Shown in pieces: positions 29,376 through 36,332 of a DNA stretch of 64,000 bases. The position numbers were made by a program, and so were the translations under genes. A model generated the notes under the pieces. That model was not told the origin of the DNA. It made no database searches and was given only the letters and a program-made list of their open reading frames with translations. This DNA comes from Candidatus Binatota bacterium (lineage in GTDB: Bacteria; Desulfobacterota; Binatia; UBA1149; CAITLU01), in contig JAJRWY010000312.1 of NCBI GenBank assembly GCA_024276575.1, positions 1,161 through 65,160 of the forward strand, given 5' to 3'. Within the stretch, counting starts at the first letter, position 1. Every line of letters begins with the position of its first letter.

Positions 29376-29945
29376 GTGGAATCAGATGATGGGGAACTCG
29401 TCGGCCGCGCCAAGAACGGTGACCGGCAGGCCATGCAGCAGCTCATGGAGCGCTACCAAGGGCGTCTCACAGGTGTTGCCGTTGGTATGCTCAAGAATCC
29501 CGACGATGCCAGTGAGGTCGTTCAAGAGACCTTCATTCGTGTCTTTCGCAACCTCGCCGGTTTCAAAGGCGACTCTTCATTCTACACGTGGGTGTACAGG
29601 ATAGCCGTGAACTTGGCGATTGATTTCAAGCGCCGCCAAGCTAAGCGGCCGTTAGTTGAGTTCGATGAGAGTCTCCCCCCCAGCGAAGAGCCCATTGGTT
29701 CCGGGGCCCACGATCTCGGCGAAGATCCTTTCAAGCGTGTCAGGAATAGAGAGTTGGGCCGCAAGATTTTTCAGGCGATGGACGATTTGACCCCTGATCA
29801 CCGGGCGGTCATACTTTTGCGGGAGATCGACGGACTCTCTTACGAGGAAATCAGCAAGGTTCTCGACTGTTCGATGGGAACCGTGATGAGCCGCCTTCAT
29901 TACGCGCGCAAGAAGCTGCAGACGCGCTTGACGGAGTTATTGTGA
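29376..29945 (+). CDS. ECF-family RNA polymerase sigma factor (sigma-70 regions 2 and 4)
   Basis: Region 2 is ASEVVQETFIRVFRNLAGFKGDSSFYTWVYRIAVNLAIDFKRRQ. Region 4 is LSYEEISKVLDCSMGTVMSRLHYARKKL. Confidence 0.88.
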   Translation: MESDDGELVGRAKNGDRQAMQQLMERYQGRLTGVAVGMLKNPDDASEVVQETFIRVFRNLAGFKGDSSFYTWVYRIAVNLAIDFKRRQAKRPLVEFDESLPPSEEPIGSGAHDLGEDPFKRVRNRELGRKIFQAMDDLTPDHRAVILLREIDGLSYEEISKVLDCSMGTVMSRLHYARKKLQTRLTELL

Positions 29946-30829
29946 AGGCTGTTATGAGTGAGTGCGACAAAGCTTCTGCCAACGTGATGAACTGCGCTGA
30001 GTTCAAGAAGAACTTCGATCTTTATGTAGACGATGAACTTGTCGTGACCGTTCGTGATGCGGCTGCCATGCACATTGCCTCGTGCCCGGCGTGTGAAGAG
30101 GCAGTGACCCGCTTCCAACAAAACCGCTGCATGTTGACGACGGCCGTAGCTGAACTAGCTGCGGCCGTTGACGTTTCCGGAATGTGGGAGAGAGTCGAGG
30201 CGGCTCTGGGAACGCCCGTGGCCGTAGCTGTGGAGCCGGTGCCGTCGCGGCCGCCGGCTTTCGCGAATCCGGCAGCGGGCGATATGGCGGATGCCGCGTC
30301 AAGCTCTTTGGGTAGGCGCTTGGCCGCCGCTTTCGGTTTGCGGCCGCTTGGTTATGTGTGGCGTCTGGGAACTGCTGCGAGTTTGTCGGCGGTGGCTGCG
30401 GCGATGTTGTTTTTGTTGTTTGCTGCGCCTGGTGTGGAAGTGGCCGACAACTCCGCTTCCCGATTGCAGGGTAGTTGGGGGGCACTGAGCCGCCTAGCCG
30501 CCAACTCAGATTTGCCCGTTAGCGGATCATCAAGATTTTCCTCGAGGTTTTCCCATGGCACCGGTTCGCACGTTAAGCGGGTCGCGTCCCGGCGAGTGAA
30601 GGCTGGCGGCTTTAGTGATTTTGGAGTGCCGGTTTCTTTGTCGTTGCCGTCTAAATTCTCGACGGCACTTGGTGCGCAAGCCGTGAGCCAGGCCGTTCGC
30701 GTGGATGCCATTGAGGCGGGTCCGGGCAGTTCGGTTTCCACATGGGAACTTCCGCGCAGCGGCGGCCGCGTGATATGGGTTTCCTCTACTGCCCGCACGG
30801 CGGCGTCCGCCGAAGCATTCGGTCGATGA
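29942..30829 (+). CDS. Anti-sigma factor, zinc-finger (ZAS, HxxxCxxC) type, with a TM segment
   Basis: N-terminal HIASCPACEE motif, central hydrophobic helix (LSAVAAAMLFLLFAAPGV). The start overlaps the sigma gene stop (GTGA). Confidence 0.75.
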   Translation: MKAVMSECDKASANVMNCAEFKKNFDLYVDDELVVTVRDAAAMHIASCPACEEAVTRFQQNRCMLTTAVAELAAAVDVSGMWERVEAALGTPVAVAVEPVPSRPPAFANPAAGDMADAASSSLGRRLAAAFGLRPLGYVWRLGTAASLSAVAAAMLFLLFAAPGVEVADNSASRLQGSWGALSRLAANSDLPVSGSSRFSSRFSHGTGSHVKRVASRRVKAGGFSDFGVPVSLSLPSKFSTALGAQAVSQAVRVDAIEAGPGSSVSTWELPRSGGRVIWVSSTARTAASAEAFGR

Positions 30830-31392
30830 ACAAGCCTTTGCTCCGTGCCGTGGCTTCGGCGTTGCTGGCCTGTCTGGCTTCGTACCCGGCCAGTGTCACG
30901 GCAGAGGAGCGTGCTTCGGTTGCACAAAGTGCACAAAGAGTCGCACTTCGGGTGTCGATGGTAATGGCTTCCAACGAGTCGAGGTATTTCGACCCCCGGC
31001 TCAAAGATCTCCGTGCCCAGTTAAAGCCGCTTCCTTTCAAGAATTACCGCCTTTTGGGTGTTGAAACCCGAGACCTCAGTACCTGGGCCCAGTGCGGTTT
31101 CCGCATCCCCGGCGGCCGTTACTTGCACGTCACGACCCAGGAGCGAACCGCGGACCACATCAAGATGAGGGTACTGTTGAATGAACACAACCGCCCTTTG
31201 CTAAATGCCGATGTCAAGCTCGACCACGACTCTGTCATAGTGCTGGGCGGGCCGCAGGAAGAAGAGGGCACGTTGATCATAACCATACGTGCGGTTTCCG
31301 GCTTGATGGAGCACGCACAGCCGGCGGCGGTGCATGCCGGCGGCGATTTACTGGATAGCGTAGATTCAGCGCCAGACGAGGGGAGTGAGTAG
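30826..31392 (+). CDS. Hypothetical exported protein co-transcribed with the ECF sigma/anti-sigma pair
   Basis: The ATG overlaps the anti-sigma stop (ATGA). Signal peptide MNKPLLRAVASALLACLASYPASVTA. No recognised domain. Confidence 0.6.
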   Translation: MNKPLLRAVASALLACLASYPASVTAEERASVAQSAQRVALRVSMVMASNESRYFDPRLKDLRAQLKPLPFKNYRLLGVETRDLSTWAQCGFRIPGGRYLHVTTQERTADHIKMRVLLNEHNRPLLNADVKLDHDSVIVLGGPQEEEGTLIITIRAVSGLMEHAQPAAVHAGGDLLDSVDSAPDEGSE

Positions 31393-31397
31393 CGGCG

Positions 31398-31703
31398 ATG
31401 TGGCCTTTCGACAATAGCTTCTATGAGGAAATATCGGCTCGGTTCGAAACTCTGCTCAAGGACGGTGAGGACGCCGGAAATACCAATGATCTGTCGGCTT
31501 TGCTTGCTCCGGTGGATCCTTTCAACCGTTCACCCTTGTTTACACCGGTCGTGAAAGCTCTGGGCGTCGCTGCGTTGGTAGCAATGACCGGGCTTGCCGC
31601 AGCCGGTTTAGTCGTGGCCTTCGTTGCTTTCCTCGGTCTTTACTTCTTGCTTACCGAAGTATTCGGTTACGAGCTTTCTCTGGCACCGCTGCAACCGATG
31701 TAG
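31398..31703 (+). CDS. Small hypothetical membrane protein (C-terminal TM helix)
   Basis: 101-aa ORF 5 nt after the preceding gene, with a hydrophobic C-terminus ALGVAALVAMTGLAAAGLVVAFVAFLGLYFLL. Confidence 0.45.
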   Translation: MWPFDNSFYEEISARFETLLKDGEDAGNTNDLSALLAPVDPFNRSPLFTPVVKALGVAALVAMTGLAAAGLVVAFVAFLGLYFLLTEVFGYELSLAPLQPM

Positions 31704-32332
31704 ATTGCGTCTTGCCGTACGGCGAGACCGAGTATTAGAGCACAGGCGACGGCTGCCGCATCGCATGCCGCCACCGCGTGCCGCCACTGGCGCAGGTGCT
31801 TGTCGTAGCCACCGGCCTGCCGGCTGCGGTCTGAATAACGCGCGGGGAAATCGAGACCGGATGGTCCGTGATCTTGCGTTCGACGGTGGCTTGGCAAGGC
31901 GCCGTAGTTACGACAATCGCTAAACAGATCAGGAAGCGGTGCCTGTGGATGCACTCCGCAAACGAAACCGCAACCACCGCCATCCGGCTCAAAAGTGTAC
32001 CATACAATCGGTACCGAAGTTTTGCGGGCATGTTCGATTTGGTTCAGATCCGAATGCTCGACTCCCGCTACTATGTAGCAGGCGATAGAAGTGGATGTTT
32101 GTGTAGCTTTGCGACCTCGTCCCCGGAGGCTTTCAATGCCTGGACCATCGCTGCGCGAGGATACGCTGACCCCCGCTGCTCTCAAGTAAAGGGATGCTTG
32201 TTCCACGCCGCGAGGGTGCCCGAGCAGTACCACTGTCGCCGCCAGTAACTTTCCCTGGCCTTCCGCACCGATGCCGGGGATGATGATCTGTCGCGCATAG
32301 CGTTCAATGCTCTCATCATCGAGAGTAGCCAT
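31667..32332 (-). CDS. Degenerate ThiF/MoeB-like (E1-like) protein that retains the N-terminal RYxRQ...GxEGQxKL motif but lacks the GxGxxG loop; possible pseudogene or accessory subunit
   Basis: The N-terminus ERYARQIIIPGIGAEGQGKLLAATVVLLG matches E1 enzymes. It is followed by HPRGVEQASLYLRAAGV instead of GxGxxG...ALYLAGAGV. The downstream sequence is diverged, AT-richer, and has a poor RBS. Confidence 0.4.
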   Translation of the reverse strand: MATLDDESIERYARQIIIPGIGAEGQGKLLAATVVLLGHPRGVEQASLYLRAAGVSVSSRSDGPGIESLRGRGRKATQTSTSIACYIVAGVEHSDLNQIEHARKTSVPIVWYTFEPDGGGCGFVCGVHPQAPLPDLFSDCRNYGALPSHRRTQDHGPSGLDFPARYSDRSRQAGGYDKHLRQWRHAVAACDAAAVACALILGLAVRQDAIYIGCSGARESS

Positions 32333-32359
32333 ATCGCTAGCGAGGTCGTAGAGCAGATC

Positions 32360-32599
32360 TCATTCTATGACGTTCTTCTCTATCGGCTCGACAGTGACGC
32401 CTTGCTCGGCGATCCATCGTACGGCCCGGTCAATCTCGTCTTGCTCACCTTCGAGTTCGAGAGCCATGATGCCCACATGCTCAGAAATCGAAGCACCGCG
32501 TATATTGGTGACCACGCGGAACTTGTGTCCGACGTGGTAAACGATCGGCTCCTTTATCTTCTCTTGGCTGTAGGTCAGGTAGAAACGTTGAAGTGTCAT
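32360..32599 (-). CDS. Stand-alone NIL-domain protein (MetN C-terminal-like ferredoxin-fold domain)
   Basis: 79 aa with the TNIRGASISEHVGIMALELEG motif characteristic of NIL domains. The ATG overlaps the cysM-like stop (ATGA) with a GAGGAG SD. Confidence 0.6.
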   Translation of the reverse strand: MTLQRFYLTYSQEKIKEPIVYHVGHKFRVVTNIRGASISEHVGIMALELEGEQDEIDRAVRWIAEQGVTVEPIEKNVIE

Positions 32600-33579
32600 T
32601 GGTTCTCCTCCGCGGCGGCGAGTTCATGGCGGTCGCGCCAGCCGGTCCACAGATTCGTAGATAAGTAGCGGTCGCCAAAATCGGGTAGCACTACCACCAC
32701 GCACCCGGATTGCAACTCCGCAGCCACTTCCAGTGCTGCGACTACCGCGGCACCGGAGGACTGTCCGACCAGCAGACCTTCTTTGGCGGCCAACTCGTAA
32801 ACCATCTCGTAAGCGGCATCGGTAGCCACACCCACCTTGCGGTCGAAGCCGGATTCGTCGTAAATACCCGGCACGATCGAGCTGCCCATGTGCTTCAAGC
32901 CTTCTATCCCGTGGAAGGCGTCGTCGGGCTCCACGGCTATTATTTCGACCTCAGGCTTGCGCGATCTCAAGTAGCGGCCGCAGCCCATTACGGTTCCGCT
33001 GGTACCGATCGTGGCGAGAAAGTGAGAGACGCGGCCGGCAGTTTGCTCCCAGATCTCGGGTCCTGTGGTCAGGAAGTGGGCCTCCGGATTGGCCGGGTTG
33101 TAGTACTGGTCGGGTTTGAAGTACGCGTCGGGATCGGCGTCGAACATCTTTTTGGCCAAGACGATGGAGCCGTCGGACCCTTCCATCGGATCGGACTCGA
33201 CTATTTCGGCGCCGTAAGCCGCAATCACCCGCAATCGTTCGCGTGAGGCGTTGGCGGGTATCACTAATTTTACCGGATATCCCAGCGCAGCGCCGATCAT
33301 CGCCAGCGCGATGCCGGTGTTGCCGGAAGTAGAATCGAGAATGGTTTTGCCGGGGCGTAAGTGTCCGTCTTCCAATCCACGACGCACCATGTTCCAGGCC
33401 GGGCGGTCTTTGACCGAACCGCCGGGGTTGAAGCCCTCGACTTTGGCGTACACTTCTACACCGCCGGCCAAGTGCGGGGTTACACCTCGCAGTTGGAGCA
33501 ACGGTGTGTCGCCGATCAAGTCGAGTATGCCTGTGGCCTCCGCCTCATTAAGGGTCGGCTGTTGGCGAGTCCGGTGCAC
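32596..33579 (-). CDS. cysM: Cysteine synthase-family PLP enzyme (CysK/CysM type; candidate thiocarboxylate-dependent O-phosphoserine sulfhydrylase)
   Basis: ILDLIGDTPLLQL and the PLP-Lys motif KVEGFNPGGSVKDR, plus the glycine-rich TSGNTG loop. The GTG start overlaps the tail of the upstream carrier gene. Confidence 0.85.
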   Translation of the reverse strand: MHRTRQQPTLNEAEATGILDLIGDTPLLQLRGVTPHLAGGVEVYAKVEGFNPGGSVKDRPAWNMVRRGLEDGHLRPGKTILDSTSGNTGIALAMIGAALGYPVKLVIPANASRERLRVIAAYGAEIVESDPMEGSDGSIVLAKKMFDADPDAYFKPDQYYNPANPEAHFLTTGPEIWEQTAGRVSHFLATIGTSGTVMGCGRYLRSRKPEVEIIAVEPDDAFHGIEGLKHMGSSIVPGIYDESGFDRKVGVATDAAYEMVYELAAKEGLLVGQSSGAAVVAALEVAAELQSGCVVVVLPDFGDRYLSTNLWTGWRDRHELAAAEENQ

Positions 33580-33854
33580 GCGCCGCCGGCGATAGCGGGA
33601 ACGATGGAGATTTCGTCGCCGTCTTTGACGGCGGACTCCAGGTCATCAAGAAAGCGAATGTCATCGCCGTTCACGTAAACATTTACGAAACGCCGTACTG
33701 AACCGTCGCGTTCGCAGATGCGCTCCTTGAGGCCTGGATGGGCTGCCTCGACGCTGTCGAGAACCGCGGCCACGGTCGAGCCTTCTGCGTCGACGGCTTC
33801 GTTGCCGCCTGTAAACTTTCTCAGGGGTGTGGGGATTCTTACCCGGACTGCCAT
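33516..33854 (-). CDS. MoaD/ThiS-family sulfur-carrier protein (CysO/MetO-like) with a 21-residue extension after the Gly-Gly
   Basis: MAVRVRIPTPLRKFTGG...VNGDDIRFLDDLESAVKDGDEISIVPAIAGG (GG at residues 90-91), followed in-frame by ACTGLANSRPLMRRRPQAYST before the stop. Strong SD TAGGAGGAAC upstream of the ATG at 33852-33854. Confidence 0.7.
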   Translation of the reverse strand: MAVRVRIPTPLRKFTGGNEAVDAEGSTVAAVLDSVEAAHPGLKERICERDGSVRRFVNVYVNGDDIRFLDDLESAVKDGDEISIVPAIAGGACTGLANSRPLMRRRPQAYST

Positions 33855-33891
33855 GTTGTAGTTCCTCCTAAGTCGAATTCCGCCGATCCTA

Positions 33892-35184
33892 TCACGAACC
33901 GGTGGCCGGAGAAGCAATCGTGGAAGCCTGATCGCCGCCGGCTGTCTTGCCGGCTTCAAGACGCTCGTAAAGACGGTCGAATTCGTCGAGACGTGCTGCG
34001 ATATCGTGGGTGACCGGAACCGAATCACGAACCGCCTCGAGGGTCTTGTAGCCGTTGCCGGTAATAGAGATGACGATCGACTCATCTCGGGGTATGCGGC
34101 CTTGCTCTATGAGTTTCTTGGTAACCGCCACCGTGGTGCCCCCGGCCGGCTCGGTAAACACACCTTCCGTACGCGCCAGTAGTTTGATTGCTTCCACTAT
34201 TTCTTCGTCGCTAGCTGATTCACCCCATCCTCCGGAATCCCTGACCGCTCCGAGAACGTAATAGCCGTCGGCCGGGTTGCCGATCGCGATCGACTTGGCG
34301 ATGGTATGAGGCTTTACCGGTTCGATAAGGTCGGTTCCCCGGTGAAGGGCGTTGACGACCGGAGCGCAACCGGCGGCTTGCGCGGAGTATATCTTGAATC
34401 CGCTCTGCTCGACCAAGCCTACCCGCTGCAGCTCTTCAAAGGACTTGGCGACTTTGGGCAAGATGGTGCCGCCGGCGGTAGGAACGACGATGTGTTGGGG
34501 GAGCTTCCAGCCGAGTTGTTCGGCCACTTCGAATCCGTAAGTTTTGGCTCCTTCGGTGTAAAAAGGCCGCAGGTTGATGTTTGCGAAAGCCCAGCCGTAC
34601 TTGTCCGCGATCTCGGTGCACAGGCGGTTAACGTCGTCATAATTGCCGGAGATCGCGACCGGGACCGGGTTGTATATGGCCGATCCCACCACCTTGCCTT
34701 GTTCGAGGTTGTCGGGGATGAAGATGAAGCACCGCAGGCCGGCGCGTGCTGCATGGGCGGAAACGGAATTGGCTAGGTTGCCGGTAGAGGCGCATGCGAC
34801 GGTTTCGAAGCCGAACTCGACCGCTTTGGTCAGCGCGACCGAGACTACGCGGTCCTTGTAGGAGAAGGTCGGGTGGTTGACCGAATCGTCTTTTACGTAG
34901 AGTTCCGAGACGCCGAGCACTTCTGCCAAGCGATCGGCTTTGAGCAAGGGAGTAAAACCTGAATACAGGCCGATACGCGGCTCGGACTCCACCGGAAGCA
35001 ACTCGCGATATCTCCACAGGTTGGGTGGCCTCGCTTCAATGGTCTTGCGATCGACCGCAGCCGATATCTTGTCATAGTCGTATTCTACTTCGAGGGGGCC
35101 AAAGCAGTATTCACAGACGTGGTAGGGCTTGAGTTCGTAAGCCTCGCCACATTCACGGCACTTGAGGCCTTTTACAAAAGACAT
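33892..35184 (-). CDS. Threonine synthase-family PLP enzyme with an N-terminal zinc ribbon (ThrC, or a MetM-like O-phosphohomoserine-dependent homocysteine synthase)
   Basis: N-terminus CRECGE...CEYCFG and the PLP-Lys motif HPTFSYKDR. AAGGAGAT SD before the ATG at 35182-35184. The track ORF's 47-aa N-terminal extension was rejected. Confidence 0.8.
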   Translation of the reverse strand: MSFVKGLKCRECGEAYELKPYHVCEYCFGPLEVEYDYDKISAAVDRKTIEARPPNLWRYRELLPVESEPRIGLYSGFTPLLKADRLAEVLGVSELYVKDDSVNHPTFSYKDRVVSVALTKAVEFGFETVACASTGNLANSVSAHAARAGLRCFIFIPDNLEQGKVVGSAIYNPVPVAISGNYDDVNRLCTEIADKYGWAFANINLRPFYTEGAKTYGFEVAEQLGWKLPQHIVVPTAGGTILPKVAKSFEELQRVGLVEQSGFKIYSAQAAGCAPVVNALHRGTDLIEPVKPHTIAKSIAIGNPADGYYVLGAVRDSGGWGESASDEEIVEAIKLLARTEGVFTEPAGGTTVAVTKKLIEQGRIPRDESIVISITGNGYKTLEAVRDSVPVTHDIAARLDEFDRLYERLEAGKTAGGDQASTIASPATGS

Positions 35185-35198
35185 GGTAGTTATCTCCT

Positions 35199-35957
35199 TC
35201 AGCGGTCGATGCCGGGCGCTGCAGCGGCGGGCTCGTAACCGCGGGGTCGTGAACGGGTTTCCCCCGAGCGGGAGCATCGCGGGCAAGCGGGATCCCTGGG
35301 GAAATATACATGGCGCCAACGGCACCCTGACAATTCATAGATATTCATGCGGCCGGGACACAGGCTTTTGTCTCCACCAAGGTAACGAAGCGCGTCTTGC
35401 GCTTGTGCGGTTCCCACCAAGCCGGCCACTGGTGCGAGAATGCCCATAGCTGAACAGCCGCCGTCGGCTTCCTGCGGGTGGTCGTCGGGGAAAGCGCATG
35501 CGAGGCAGGCCGACACGCCCGGCACCACGGTCATCCATTGGCCGGTGGTTCTGATCACACCGCCGTAACAGAAAGCGGTGCCGGTCGAGACTGCAACGGC
35601 GTTTATCATGAATTTCGTGGCCGGGTCGTCACAAGCGTCGATCACGAAATCATGAGAGGAAACGAGGCTCTCGGCGTTGCCGGTGTTCAACGTATCTTCG
35701 ATGGGACGAATTTCAGTGGTAACAGGGCCGCCGGCGGATGCGGCTAGAGCCTTACGCGCGGCCTCGGCCTTGGGTGCTCCGACGTCGCTGTCGCCGAACA
35801 AGACCTGCCGCTGCAGGTTCGAAAGCTCGATGCGGTCGGGGTCGATAATCGTGAGTTTGGCAACTCCGGCGCCCACGAGCATGCGCGCGGCAGCGCAACC
35901 GAGGGCGCCGACGCCCACCAACAGAACCGAATCTTTTGTTTGCTGCTGCAAGTACAA
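35199..35957 (-). CDS. ThiF/MoeB/MoeZ-type E1-like sulfur-carrier-protein adenylyltransferase
   Basis: VLLVGVGALGCAAARMLVGAGV (GxGxxG), DPDRIELSNLQRQ, and zinc motifs CxxC...CxxC. Only a TTG start at 35955-35957 is available, and it abuts the riboswitch terminator U-tract. Confidence 0.8.
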   Translation of the reverse strand: MYLQQQTKDSVLLVGVGALGCAAARMLVGAGVAKLTIIDPDRIELSNLQRQVLFGDSDVGAPKAEAARKALAASAGGPVTTEIRPIEDTLNTGNAESLVSSHDFVIDACDDPATKFMINAVAVSTGTAFCYGGVIRTTGQWMTVVPGVSACLACAFPDDHPQEADGGCSAMGILAPVAGLVGTAQAQDALRYLGGDKSLCPGRMNIYELSGCRWRHVYFPRDPACPRCSRSGETRSRPRGYEPAAAAPGIDR

Positions 35958-35989
35958 AAAAACCTCTTCCAGGCGGGATAAGGAAGAGG
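35956..35989 (-). terminator. Intrinsic terminator hairpin forming the expression platform of the SAM-I riboswitch
   Basis: On the minus strand, CCUCUUCC-UUAUCCCGCCU-GGAAGAGG followed by UUUUUUU. The 3' stem arm GGAAGAGG doubles as a putative SD for the thiF-like TTG. Confidence 0.7.
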
Positions 35990-36011
35990 TACTGGGTCGC
36001 GGCGACAGGCC

Positions 36012-36168
36012 TCTCCTTATCTTTCACCCTCTTTGCATTTGCGTGAACTCGATTACGCGCTCACCGCAACGCTAAGGTGCGGGACTTAGCACCTGCCGCC
36101 CGCTTGCGCAGGCCGGTTGCTGTGGCTTCACAGGGCCCATTCCCTCCGCCACTCTGAATAAGGAACGG
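36012..36168 (-). promoter_or_regulatory. SAM-I (S-box) riboswitch aptamer
   Basis: The minus-strand RNA reads UUCCUUAUUCAGAGUGGCGGAGGGAAUGGGCCCUGUGAAGCCACAGCAACC...CAGGUGCUAAGUCCCGCA...GAAAGAUAAGGAGAGG. This matches the S-box consensus CUUAUCAAGAGNGGYGGAGGGAYUGGCCCNAUGAARCCCRGCAACC...GGUGCYAAUUCCNGC...GAGAUAAG, including P1 pairing CUUAU/AUAAG. Confidence 0.8.
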
Positions 36169-36169
36169 A

Positions 36170-36201
36170 AAGGGTAGCGGCACTAGGCCTCACTGTCAAA
36201 A
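36170..36201 (-). promoter_or_regulatory. Putative sigma-70-type promoter driving the riboswitch and sulfur-carrier operon
   Basis: On the minus strand, TTGACA, then a 17-nt spacer, then TACCCT about 7 nt upstream of the riboswitch 5' end. Confidence 0.4.
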
Positions 36202-36332
36202 GCTTTCGCTGCGGTGCAGCATGAACGGCGCAAGTCTGGCGGCGGACGCGGGTTCCATCTGACGATGTTTCTACATACTGTTGCCGTGCGTGGGTGTGAA
36301 TCGTCGGCAGTCCCGGTGTAGTAGAGCCGGAT

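Noticed and set aside
33854-34085. Upstream extensions of the carrier and ThrC-like ORFs (33854-34085 and 35185-35325)
   Set aside because: Strong SD sequences precede the internal ATGs MAVRVRIP and MSFVKGLKC. The extensions are low-complexity and overlap neighbouring genes.
35956-36332. Possibility that the 375-bp gap before the E1 gene holds a small ORF or tRNA
   Set aside because: The sequence is explained by the SAM-I riboswitch, its terminator and a promoter. No cloverleaf-like structure was seen.
31667-36332. Search for a JAMM/MPN+ protease (HxHx7Sx2D) in or next to the sulfur-carrier operon
   Set aside because: No ORF in or flanking the operon carries the motif. The flanking genes are a PTP-like phosphatase and ECF-associated unknowns.
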